Source: Candidatus Aenigmatarchaeota archaeon
Lineage (GTDB): Archaea > Aenigmatarchaeota > Aenigmatarchaeia > GW2011-AR5
Direction of reading: 5' to 3'
Length of the DNA stretch: 64,000 bases
Assembly (NCBI GenBank): GCA_016187335.1
Contig: JACPJW010000001.1
Coordinates: 320,001-384,000, forward strand
Below the pieces are notes generated by a model. The model had not been told where the DNA came from. It ran no database searches and saw only the letters and a program-made list of their open reading frames with translations. Position 1 is the stretch's first letter, and each line of letters opens with the position of its first letter. The translations under genes and the position numbers were made by a program. Of the stretch, positions 19,424 through 28,555 are shown piece by piece.

Positions 19424-20508
19424 TGCAATCCCTCGTATAGCTTTTCCACGCTCTTGGCAACGCTATCCCATGAGTATTTTTTTGCCGTATTAAGCCCGTT
19501 CTTTATGACCTGCCTTCTGCTTTTTTTGGATGTCAGCATCTCCATTATTTTTTCCTTCAGTTCGGATTCGCTGCTGTATAAACGCGAGTTGCCGCTGTTG
19601 CAGAAAAAATAGGCATCAAGGTTTTTTGCCACGACAGGAACTCCTGCTGCCATGGATTCAAGCAGGATCAGGCCCAGCCCTTCCACGGAAGACGGGTTGA
19701 CGAGCAGGTCCGAGGATTTTATTATGCCGAATTTTTCCTCCTCGCTCACATATCCGAAAAATTTGGCGTCCACTCCCAGGCGCTGGGCGAGCCGTTTCAG
19801 CTCGTATTCGTCGGTTCCGGACCCTATGATGTTGAGCCTTATGCCTTTGATTTCAGAAGAAATCTCGCCTATTATTTTTATCAGCGTGTCGACATTCTTG
19901 TATTTTACAAGCCTTCCTACGTAAGTGATGCTTAGCTCTCTTTTTTTTGCCCTGATTTTTTTTATAAAATTTAAGTCAACTCCGCTCGGTATTACTTCCA
20001 CGTTTCTGAACCCCAGGATGGAAAGTTTTTTTGCCGTCGTTGGCGAGTTGGCTATGACCCTGTTATAAGGCGTTACTGACCAAAGGACTTCCATCGTTTT
20101 GCCCGCGGAAGAAAGGGGGAACGGAAAGTACTCGTTCCACTGGTTCCAGTAGATGTCGTGGAATGTTGCGACTACAGGAGTTTTTATGAGCGGCTTAAGC
20201 AGTCCTGCAAAGGATGATATTCCCTGATTGGCGTCTATTACGTCGCTGCGGGAAGAAGCAGCCTTGAGCAGCGCCGGGAAATAAGTTGCCAGCGCCGGGA
20301 CGCTCCTCTTGTCAAGGGGATGCGACGAGCCGACTCTCGTTATTTCAACGCCTTTGTGCTCCTCTTTCCTTTCGTGCCCGTCAAATCTCAGCGAGAAAAC
20401 AGTGACTTCATGCCTTTTTGCCAGCCTTATGGCTATTTCATAGTATCTTCTTTCGGCTCCTCCAAGAAGGTACGGGTAGAAAAGCTCCGAAAGCATGCAT
20501 ATTTTCAT
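19420..20508 (-). CDS. GT4 glycosyltransferase
   Basis: GGAERR, YVGRLVKYKN, EGLGLILLESMAAG. Confidence 0.92.
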   Translation of the reverse strand: MKICMLSELFYPYLLGGAERRYYEIAIRLAKRHEVTVFSLRFDGHERKEEHKGVEITRVGSSHPLDKRSVPALATYFPALLKAASSRSDVIDANQGISSFAGLLKPLIKTPVVATFHDIYWNQWNEYFPFPLSSAGKTMEVLWSVTPYNRVIANSPTTAKKLSILGFRNVEVIPSGVDLNFIKKIRAKKRELSITYVGRLVKYKNVDTLIKIIGEISSEIKGIRLNIIGSGTDEYELKRLAQRLGVDAKFFGYVSEEEKFGIIKSSDLLVNPSSVEGLGLILLESMAAGVPVVAKNLDAYFFCNSGNSRLYSSESELKEKIMEMLTSKKSRRQVIKNGLNTAKKYSWDSVAKSVEKLYEGLQ

Positions 20509-20556
20509 GGTAACTCTTCAGAACTAATTTTTTATATGCTTATCTCGGATACGTTG

Positions 20557-21720
20557 TCATTCGCCAAATTTTACCCTGAAGAGCTTGACTTCCCCGCCCC
20601 AGTCCCTTATGAATTCGAATTTTTCCAGGCCGAAGCCGTTGAAAAAGAACATTCTTGTAAACATTGACTGCTCCAGTTCAGGCTGGATAAATACAATGGT
20701 TCTCCTCGACCCGTCAAGCCACAGTAGCCCTTTGACATCCGATTCCTGTTCAAACGTCAGCGCCCCGTTCCCTTCCCTGTCAAAGTAAAACAGTTTCTCT
20801 ACTTTCAGCAGCTGCCCCTGCTGCTGAAGGAACGCCTTGATGGTGTTGTTGGTTTCGTAAAGGACAAACGCCTGCTGGGGACCCAGGCGGTAAGTGTATG
20901 CCAGGGCGTTCTGGCCTAGAATAGGCCTTGTGCTTTCCAGCGGCACCATGACGTATACGTACCTGCTGCCGTAGTTTGGCGGGTTTGTTGGATCCCATGT
21001 GGCAAAATAAGACCACCACTGGCTTTTGCTTATCAGGTCAGAAGACGCTATGTAATACATTTCGTCGCAGCCGGGCTTCATGTAATCTTTCAGAATGCTG
21101 GCCGCCAGCGTTTCGTTTGTTGTGAGCAGTGTGGTCCCGATGTCCTGTATCCTTGCTCTTACTACGTTGTCGCCCTTGTACTGGAAGACGCGCGATATCC
21201 CGTTCTCATGCCTTTCGATGAATATGCCTGTTTTATTGCCAGTGTTCGGCTGGTAGAAAACCTCGCTCTGTGAGGCGCCGTCAAAAATCACGGACCTTTT
21301 TGCTATGCCGGTTATGAAGTGCCCCGGATCCCAGTACGTAGCCACGACGGCGCACCCCTTTGTGTTGTTCTTTATCCAGTTCAGCGCCTCCCACCAGTTG
21401 TCGCTCAGCACAGTTCCGGAGCACTCGGATATGATTACGCTCTGCATGTAAAACACGTTTATGAAAAATACGAAAATCAGCACGAGTATCAGCATTGTCA
21501 CCGTTTCCCTCGTGCTCAGGTTATTCCTGAACCTGAGCGCCGCCAGCAAAGCCAGGACGACGAATGTCCCTATGTACAGTTGCATGCCGTAGGAACTTTG
21601 CCATGACGCGTCGCTGACCAGGTTGCATGTGGTCTTGGTCGGCAAATAAAGAAATACCAGAAAATAAACTATTGCAACTGCCAAAACAGCTGCTGTCGTC
21701 CTGTTCATCCTGAATTCCAT
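20557..21720 (-). CDS. aglB: Oligosaccharyltransferase AglB, C-terminal half (last TM + soluble domain)
   Basis: Single N-terminal TM, then WWEALNWIKNNT..VATYWDPGHFI (WWDxG-like) and DLISKSQW (DK motif); own ATG with a GAGTGGG RBS-like sequence. Confidence 0.82.
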   Translation of the reverse strand: MEFRMNRTTAAVLAVAIVYFLVFLYLPTKTTCNLVSDASWQSSYGMQLYIGTFVVLALLAALRFRNNLSTRETVTMLILVLIFVFFINVFYMQSVIISECSGTVLSDNWWEALNWIKNNTKGCAVVATYWDPGHFITGIAKRSVIFDGASQSEVFYQPNTGNKTGIFIERHENGISRVFQYKGDNVVRARIQDIGTTLLTTNETLAASILKDYMKPGCDEMYYIASSDLISKSQWWSYFATWDPTNPPNYGSRYVYVMVPLESTRPILGQNALAYTYRLGPQQAFVLYETNNTIKAFLQQQGQLLKVEKLFYFDREGNGALTFEQESDVKGLLWLDGSRRTIVFIQPELEQSMFTRMFFFNGFGLEKFEFIRDWGGEVKLFRVKFGE

Positions 21721-21730
21721 GGTAACCCAC

Positions 21731-22906
21731 TCAATCGGCCAGTGACTTGTCCTCTCCGGATGCCATCCTTAAAAGCTTTGAAAAGAGGATGCCCGTGCCT
21801 ATTGCCATCGGCGCGGCGAAAAGTATTGTAAACCTTATTGCAACTATTGTTGCAAGGAAAGGCCCTACGAACCATATCCCCAGAAGTATCAGCGTATCGA
21901 GGTGTTTTTTCGTCCTGATGTAAGAATACGACAGGTAAATCAGCGATGCAATGAGCAGGAAAAAGGGAAGGCCTGTCCTGTTTATTATGTCGCGCGGGCC
22001 TTCGGGATTCTGCAGCTCCGCTACGGAAACGTACACATTGGGGAAAGTCCCGCCTTCGGCTTTTATCGAGGGGAATTCGAGGGGTCCCGTGACCGTGGCA
22101 TTGACTATGCTGAATCCGAATATGGGTATGGCCAGAATGAAGAAAGTGAGCAGAATCAATATGTAGGATTTGATGATCACGTTGTTTTCCTGCCATAATT
22201 TCCTCAAATCCCTGGTTTTTATGTATTTTGAAAGCATTTTCAAAAAAAGGAATCCTGATATTAGCCACAGGACGTACCAGAATCCGCCCCATGTCAGTCT
22301 CCACGCAACAAGCGTGGCGCCTGTTAAAATGGAAAGGGCGCCTATTTTCCATGTTAATCTTTCCGCTCTTTCGGACAGCCTGTGCGTGACAAGGTAGAGT
22401 GCTATTATGACAAGGGGCATAAGCAACACTATCCCGTCGTTGTCGGGGTCGCCGCCGAGCGTCCTTGCTATTATGAACGTGTCAAAAATTATCATGGCTG
22501 CCGCAAAAATTCCGGCCTTCCTGTCGTAAAGCATTTTTGTTATGAAATACATGGGCACTGCCATCAGCGACGCAAGCAGGGCGGGAAACCATACAAGGTA
22601 TTGCCAGAGGGTCATTCCTGGTATCAGCAGCCTGAGAAACATGTAAAAATATGCCCCGACATATGCGTAGAAATCCTGGCCGCGTTTTGTGCCGTACGGG
22701 GCAAGCTTCAGCACGTCAACTCCCGGCAGTGTCCCGTTGTTCTCGGTTATTTCTTCCATTTCCTTGGCAAAATTGTACGAGTCTATGTTTCTCAGGTAGG
22801 GCCATCTGTAGTCCAGCGTTCTTACCGTCGTGCCGAGATAAATCAGGAAAATAAGGACGATATAAGGCCAGTATTTTTTTATCATTTCAGCAGTTCTTTC
22901 CTTCAT
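21731..22906 (-). CDS. aglB: Oligosaccharyltransferase AglB, N-terminal membrane half
   Basis: RNIDSY, RTLGGDPDND, VSVAELQ (SVSE/TIXE-like), RF; multi-TM; stops 10 nt before the C-half. Confidence 0.82.
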   Translation of the reverse strand: MKERTAEMIKKYWPYIVLIFLIYLGTTVRTLDYRWPYLRNIDSYNFAKEMEEITENNGTLPGVDVLKLAPYGTKRGQDFYAYVGAYFYMFLRLLIPGMTLWQYLVWFPALLASLMAVPMYFITKMLYDRKAGIFAAAMIIFDTFIIARTLGGDPDNDGIVLLMPLVIIALYLVTHRLSERAERLTWKIGALSILTGATLVAWRLTWGGFWYVLWLISGFLFLKMLSKYIKTRDLRKLWQENNVIIKSYILILLTFFILAIPIFGFSIVNATVTGPLEFPSIKAEGGTFPNVYVSVAELQNPEGPRDIINRTGLPFFLLIASLIYLSYSYIRTKKHLDTLILLGIWFVGPFLATIVAIRFTILFAAPMAIGTGILFSKLLRMASGEDKSLAD

Positions 22907-22959
22907 TATCCGTTATCTCAAGAACAATCTTCTTAAAAGTTAAATTCAAAACATCCCCT

Positions 22960-23892
22960 ATGAAAAAAAGATACGCGCTTGTTCTGCTGAGCGTTCTGAT
23001 TCTCGCCGGTTTGCTTTTCTATTCTGATCCGCAGAAAGTGTACGGCATTTTCCTGCTTAGTGACAAGTCATTTCTGCTTTACGCCTTTCTCATATCGAGC
23101 GCGGGCGTTTTCTTAAGGGTCATGAAATGGAAGCTGCTTCTGAAAAATGCCTCTTTTTTTGATGTTATGCCTGTGCAGTTCCTGGGGTCGACCATAAGCA
23201 ACTTTACTCCGGGGAAGTTCGGCGAGCCTGCAAAAGCGGTTATAATGAAGGCAAAAACCGGCATTCCGGTTTCCCGCACGCTTTCCTCAATAATCTGGGA
23301 AAGGATCATGGACATACTCGTCCTTCTCCTGTTTTCCGCCGTATTCATAGGCAGGTTTTCTTCCGGCCTTTTTGCAGCGGGTGTGTTCAGCGCATTTTTT
23401 TTCGCTGGTGTACTTGTCTTCTTTTTTTCTGTTCTTTACTCCAAAAGATTCGGGATGAAAGTTTTCGGCGTCCTGAAAAAGATGCCGCTGGCGGACAGGA
23501 TATCCGGCGAGTTTATAGAGACTTTTTACAGGGAAAAAATAAATAAAAAATTCCTGATGATGTCGTTTTTCATTACGCTGTTTGCGTGGGTAACCGACGG
23601 CCTTGTATTTTATCTTTCCTTCCGCTCTGTCGGCATTGATTTGGACCCTGTATTTTTTGTCGGGCTGGTCTCGGTGTCAGCCCTGATAGGGATTGCGTCA
23701 TTCCTGCCAGGCGGGCTGGGTTCGACTGATGTCGTGATGGTCCTGCTGCTTTCCGCGTTTATGGATGGTTCCCTAGCAGTTACAGGCGTTTTCGTGGCCA
23801 GGATTATGACTTTCTGGTATTCGTCGCTTCTGGGATGGGCTTCCTTTGTTTACCTTGGCAGGAATATAGAACTGGGAAAAATTCTGGATTAG
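22960..23892 (+). CDS. UPF0104/lysylphosphatidylglycerol synthase TM-domain protein (flippase-like)
   Basis: PGKFGEPAK, WERIMD, LPGGLG; multi-TM. Confidence 0.85.
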   Translation: MKKRYALVLLSVLILAGLLFYSDPQKVYGIFLLSDKSFLLYAFLISSAGVFLRVMKWKLLLKNASFFDVMPVQFLGSTISNFTPGKFGEPAKAVIMKAKTGIPVSRTLSSIIWERIMDILVLLLFSAVFIGRFSSGLFAAGVFSAFFFAGVLVFFFSVLYSKRFGMKVFGVLKKMPLADRISGEFIETFYREKINKKFLMMSFFITLFAWVTDGLVFYLSFRSVGIDLDPVFFVGLVSVSALIGIASFLPGGLGSTDVVMVLLLSAFMDGSLAVTGVFVARIMTFWYSSLLGWASFVYLGRNIELGKILD

Positions 23893-24992
23893 CTGGATAT
23901 TTCTTTCCTGAACAGGTGCGGCACGGAAGAAATTATAAATGAAAGCAGCTTGATTTTGGGCATTTTCTTCCATGAAACGGTGAACTTGTCGTAGTCAAAG
24001 TCGTGCAGTTCCTGCAAAGATGGGCCGAAATCCCTGAACAGTCCGTCGACATCCTTGTTTGTAAGCCACCTGTAGATGCGCCGGAATAAAAGCTGCCTCC
24101 TTATCTCGGCGCCGTAGTCCTTTTTCCATTTCCTTTCATAAGACGACAGGAAATTCTCGCCAAAAAGATTTTTCTCGAATGCCTCCTGAATGACAGCAGC
24201 GGCATGTTTCGCCGCCCTCATGGAAAACATGATGCCGCCGCCGGTTATCGGCTTGTTCTGTCCGCACGCGTCTCCTATCAGCAAAGCCCGGTCCGCAAAG
24301 GATTTCGTGGTTCCAAGGCACATCGGGAATCCGTAAACTGTCCCGTTGCCTAATGCCTGCTTTTGCCTGAAATATTCCAGATATTCATTGGGCCTTAACG
24401 ACGATATGAGCCCGTATTCGTCGTTCTGCGGTATGACCCATGAGAAAAAGTCCGGTGAGAAGTATTTATTGAAAAAGACCCTTATTTCCCCTTCCATTAC
24501 GCTGTCTGCTCTCACCATAAGGCCGAATACCATCCTGGGATCGGCTATGCCAAGGGATTTTCTTACAAAGGAATTTGCCCCGTCGCATCCGACGAGAAAT
24601 TTTGCGTTGATGCTCTCGCCGTTGACGCTGACGGAATAGTGGCCGTCGCGGTATTCAACGCTTTTTACGAAGCCGTTGATGAAATCCGCGCTTCTCATCG
24701 CCCTGCTCCGCATGTAGTCAAGGAACATTTCCCTTTTTAGTATGTAGGCAAAGGGGGCTTCCGACGAAATTTCTATTTCACTGCCGGACGGCGAGACCAG
24801 GTTCATCCTTGTTATCCTGTTTTTTATGAAGTGCCTTGAAGGAAACAGCTTTTCAAAACCCGTCGATACGATTCCCGAGTCTTTTGGAAGCACTTTCCTG
24901 TCCTTTTCTATTACAGCTATGTCCAGGCCCCTGAGCGCGGATGCTAAATAGCTTCCGCCTATTCCTGACCCTACGATTGCGACATCGTACAT
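23889..24992 (-). CDS. Geranylgeranyl reductase family FAD oxidoreductase
   Basis: GSGIGG, GCDGANS, FSWVIP, IGDACGQNKPITGGGI. Confidence 0.85.
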   Translation of the reverse strand: MYDVAIVGSGIGGSYLASALRGLDIAVIEKDRKVLPKDSGIVSTGFEKLFPSRHFIKNRITRMNLVSPSGSEIEISSEAPFAYILKREMFLDYMRSRAMRSADFINGFVKSVEYRDGHYSVSVNGESINAKFLVGCDGANSFVRKSLGIADPRMVFGLMVRADSVMEGEIRVFFNKYFSPDFFSWVIPQNDEYGLISSLRPNEYLEYFRQKQALGNGTVYGFPMCLGTTKSFADRALLIGDACGQNKPITGGGIMFSMRAAKHAAAVIQEAFEKNLFGENFLSSYERKWKKDYGAEIRRQLLFRRIYRWLTNKDVDGLFRDFGPSLQELHDFDYDKFTVSWKKMPKIKLLSFIISSVPHLFRKEISS

Positions 24993-25076
24993 TGGTTAAA
25001 CTAAAGCCGTAAAATTATTAAGACTGAGCATTTCATGCCGCTTAAGAATGTAACCGACAATTATTCTGCGGGGATT

Positions 25077-25913
25077 ATGGTCTACGAAATTTTTGAAAAT
25101 TACTGGAAACCCCTGATGTTTTTCACGCTTATGCTTCTCGTGGCTTCGTCAGCTGTCCTGATCAACAACCTTCTTACGAAAGGCTCTATTCTGGAAAGGG
25201 ATACCGAGCTTTCAGGCGGCAAGATGATAAGCATGGAAGTGGATTCCGCTGACCTGCCGGCAATAACCGCGGAGATTCCTTACGCTTCCGTCCGCATGGC
25301 TTCGGGCCAGACGAAAAACCTCATTGTGGAAATACCTTTTGACAATGACGAGTCAGCTGTTATAGAAATTGTGAAAAAGCACGCCAATGTCATCGGCGAG
25401 CCCAGCATCAGGACAGTGGGCCCTGTTCTGGGCGACATATTTTTCCAGCAGGCGATGTTCGCGCTCGCCGTGGCTTTCCTCGCCATGGTCGTCATAGTAT
25501 TCATGCTCTTCAGGTCGTTGGTGCCGGCGGGAATAGTTATCCTAGCTGCGGTCACTGACATAACCGTGAGCCTGGGTATACTTCACCTCATCGGCGTCAA
25601 GCTTTCGTTGCCTGTCATCGCCGCTCTGCTGGCGCTCATAGGATATTCGGTGGATACGGACATACTGCTTACTTCCGAGATACTGAAGACCGGCAGGAAA
25701 AATATAGCCGAGAGCATTGACAAGGCGATGAGGACCGGGCTGACCCTTACAGGAACCACTCTTGTCGCGCTGCTCGCCATATATTTCGTCTCCGGCTCCG
25801 TGGTGCTGCAGCAGATATCGCTCGTCATGATGATAGGCCTGCTCGTGGACGTTCCTGCAACATGGTTCACCAATGCGGGGCTCCTCCGGTGGCATTTTGA
25901 GAAAAAGGTGTAA
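25077..25913 (+). CDS. secF: Protein translocase subunit SecF
   Basis: ELSGG, RTVGPVLG, IGYSVDTDILLT, RTGLT. Start moved to MVYEIF. Confidence 0.92.
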   Translation: MVYEIFENYWKPLMFFTLMLLVASSAVLINNLLTKGSILERDTELSGGKMISMEVDSADLPAITAEIPYASVRMASGQTKNLIVEIPFDNDESAVIEIVKKHANVIGEPSIRTVGPVLGDIFFQQAMFALAVAFLAMVVIVFMLFRSLVPAGIVILAAVTDITVSLGILHLIGVKLSLPVIAALLALIGYSVDTDILLTSEILKTGRKNIAESIDKAMRTGLTLTGTTLVALLAIYFVSGSVVLQQISLVMMIGLLVDVPATWFTNAGLLRWHFEKKV

Positions 25914-25915
25914 GC

Positions 25916-27655
25916 ATGGACTACAAGTTTCTGCTCTGGGCCGCTTCGATCCTGCTGGCTGCTGCCATAGTTGTGTACGCAAAACTGCCTTTCGTTGTTT
26001 TCATAATTGTTTCGCTGCTCTCTTCAGCGGCATTGCTGCCGAAGGATATCACCAGGAATCCAAGGGTTATCATACTTGTATTTTTCATCGTCGTGTCGCT
26101 GCTTTTCATAAACCCTAACACGAATCCCCAGGGAATGAAGGTCACGCATGTAAGCAAGGAATCCCAGCTCAGCGGCGTCAGCACGGGTGATGTTATTATT
26201 TACGTGAACGGGAAGGAAGCCACGCCTGAAGTCCTGAACCTGAACTATTCCGGCACTGTCATTGTGCAGACAAACAAAGGCATCAGGTATTCCAATGTGA
26301 ACGGTTCTCTCGGCATAGCAGCGGAAAACGTGGAATTCAGCAACATCAGGTTCGGCCTTGACCTGAAAGGCGGGGTGCGGGCTGTCATCGAGCCGAATAC
26401 AAGCGACAAAGCAGAAGTGGAGCAGATAATATCAACGCTCCAGACGAGAATAAATGTTTACGGGCTGAGAGAAGCTGTATTCCGCCCTGTTTATTATGAA
26501 AACAAAGCGTTCATAGAAGTGAGCATCGCCAGCGGCAATGATGATGAGCTGCGCTCGCTGCTGGAAAGCCAGGGAAAGTTCGAGGCAAAAATACCTCTTA
26601 TTCTCCGCATACGCGGAAACGAATCTTCAATAAGGCTTAAAGATGACCACAAAATTTCCGTTGGCAATGCAACTGTTTCTATAGAAGGCAAGGAGTACTT
26701 TGCAGGCGGCAGGCTTGTCCTTGACGAGATTCCCCTCGAGGTAGGCGATGTCACGAAGGATTATGTGAACCTGACATCCACGGTTTTCACGGGCAGCGAC
26801 ATAAAGGTGGTTTTCTTCGACCCGCAGCGCTCAAGGATAGAAAATGCCGGGGATTTCTACAGGTGGTCGTTTGCCGTCCAGCTGAGCAAGGAAGGCGCGG
26901 AAAAATTCGCCGCGGTGACGCAAAACCTGGGAATCGTTCCGGGAGGGTATCTTGACTCGCCGATAGTTCTTTACCTGGACGGCAACTTCATTGACGCCCT
27001 GTCAATTTCATCTGACTTGAGGGGAAAGGTAGTTACGGAAGTCTCCATCAGCGGCGCAGCGCCTACTGTGCAGCAGGCATCCGCAGAAAGGTCGCGCATA
27101 CAGTCCATACTCCGCTCAGGTGCCCTGCCTGTTTCAATATCAATAGTCCAGCTTGAAAATATATCGCCAAATCTTGGAGTAGGATTTATCAGAAACGCCT
27201 TGGCAGCGATGGCCGTGGCCATAGCAGGCGTGGTTGCGATCGTATCGCTGCGTTACAGGAAAATGAAGATTGTCTTTCCCGTGGTGGTGATATCGCTGAG
27301 TGAAATTCTGATAATTCTGGGCTTCGCCGCGCTTGTCGGCTGGACAATAGACCTGTCAGCGATAGCGGGCATCATAGCTTCTGTCGGAACCGGCATAGAT
27401 GCCCAGATTATAATGATTGACCAGGCCCTTCGCAGGGAGGAAGAGGAACGCCTGCTGACGCTCAAGGAAAAATTAAGCCGGGCTTTCTTCGTGATTTTCG
27501 GCTCAGCCGGCACCGTCATTGCCGCAATGTTGCCGCTGATGATACTTGGCTTCGGCCTGCTGCGCGGCTTTGCGATCACAACCGCTGCCGGTGTCATCAT
27601 AGGCATAGCGATAACAAGGCCCGCCTTCGGCGCAATCATCGAGAAGATAGTTTGA
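25916..27655 (+). CDS. secD: Protein translocase subunit SecD with PDZ-like insertion
   Basis: FGLDLKGG, RINVYGL, LRSGALP, ISPNLG, GTGIDAQIIMID, GFAITT. Confidence 0.92.
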   Translation: MDYKFLLWAASILLAAAIVVYAKLPFVVFIIVSLLSSAALLPKDITRNPRVIILVFFIVVSLLFINPNTNPQGMKVTHVSKESQLSGVSTGDVIIYVNGKEATPEVLNLNYSGTVIVQTNKGIRYSNVNGSLGIAAENVEFSNIRFGLDLKGGVRAVIEPNTSDKAEVEQIISTLQTRINVYGLREAVFRPVYYENKAFIEVSIASGNDDELRSLLESQGKFEAKIPLILRIRGNESSIRLKDDHKISVGNATVSIEGKEYFAGGRLVLDEIPLEVGDVTKDYVNLTSTVFTGSDIKVVFFDPQRSRIENAGDFYRWSFAVQLSKEGAEKFAAVTQNLGIVPGGYLDSPIVLYLDGNFIDALSISSDLRGKVVTEVSISGAAPTVQQASAERSRIQSILRSGALPVSISIVQLENISPNLGVGFIRNALAAMAVAIAGVVAIVSLRYRKMKIVFPVVVISLSEILIILGFAALVGWTIDLSAIAGIIASVGTGIDAQIIMIDQALRREEEERLLTLKEKLSRAFFVIFGSAGTVIAAMLPLMILGFGLLRGFAITTAAGVIIGIAITRPAFGAIIEKIV

Positions 27656-27686
27656 ATTTTTAATTTGTATATGGCATTAACTATTC

Positions 27687-28175
27687 ATGTCTATTTCAGT
27701 GGAAGAATTTCGAAGGCTTTATTTCGAAAATCAGACTGTTATTGATAACGCTCGAGCAGAAATAATAAAATTCGCTATTGACTTAGATGTGTTTTTGGAA
27801 AGAATTATAACAATTTATTTTGTAGAAAATTCGACAAAACAGAAGCAATTTTCAAGTTATATTGGTAAGAAAGAATTTTTCTCGTTTCACAGAAAGATAG
27901 AAGTCTTTAGAAAATTGGGTTTAGATAAAAAAGAAAAATACGAAGGTAAATTTAACGAATTAGTCTCTAAGCTTTACTATATCAAGAGTATGCGAAACAT
28001 TGTAGCGCACAATGTTCCTATGATTCATACGCCTGAAATTTGGTATACTGGTGATGATGATAAAGAAAAATTATTATCACTACCTAAAGAACTTCCACAA
28101 TTAAGAGAATCACATGAATTTTGTATGGATGCTCTTGATACTATTTTTTCTGATTTACTAAATGAAAAGAAATAA
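27687..28175 (+). CDS. AT-rich hypothetical protein, HEPN-like
   Basis: All-helical, with an Rx4H motif (MRNIVAHN) near the C-terminus; A/T-ending codons. Confidence 0.55.
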   Translation: MSISVEEFRRLYFENQTVIDNARAEIIKFAIDLDVFLERIITIYFVENSTKQKQFSSYIGKKEFFSFHRKIEVFRKLGLDKKEKYEGKFNELVSKLYYIKSMRNIVAHNVPMIHTPEIWYTGDDDKEKLLSLPKELPQLRESHEFCMDALDTIFSDLLNEKK

Positions 28176-28182
28176 TGCCGGA

Positions 28183-28518
28183 TTATTCCCCCGCTTCCTT
28201 CAGATCCATTATCGCCCGCGCAAGGTCGTTGTTCAGTTCCTCAAGCTTTTTCACAACTGTTTCCCTGTCTTTGCCTGTTTTAGTCATAACGATTTTTACG
28301 TCCTCTTCGTTTACAGGAGCCTTTTCATAGACGTCCCCGGTTATCTGGTAGACTTCCTTGCCCATCATGTCTGCAATCATTATCTGGGGGTTGCTGATAA
28401 TTATTTCCCTGTCCTTTCCCTGGATGATAACCCTGTTCGCCTCCACTTCGCGCACCTTCATGTTCAGTTTCTTCATCATCTCCTGGACCTTTTTCGGGTC
28501 GTGCTTGCCGAACATCAT
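28183..28518 (-). CDS. nac: Nascent polypeptide-associated complex protein
   Basis: DPKKVQEMMKKL, ISNPQI, YQITG, UBA-like EEDVKIVM..NNDLARAIM. Confidence 0.93.
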   Translation of the reverse strand: MMFGKHDPKKVQEMMKKLNMKVREVEANRVIIQGKDREIIISNPQIMIADMMGKEVYQITGDVYEKAPVNEEDVKIVMTKTGKDRETVVKKLEELNNDLARAIMDLKEAGE

Positions 28519-28555
28519 ATCACGTTTATAATTTGCCCGGACAATTTAAATATAC

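Noticed and set aside
21731-21733. Sec/Pyl or stop readthrough fusing the aglB halves
   Set aside because: The halves are in different frames, so readthrough would not join them.
21705-22352. 215-aa ORF spanning the aglB junction as a frameshift bridge
   Set aside because: It is in a third frame, matches neither AglB half and has no OST motifs; a shadow ORF.
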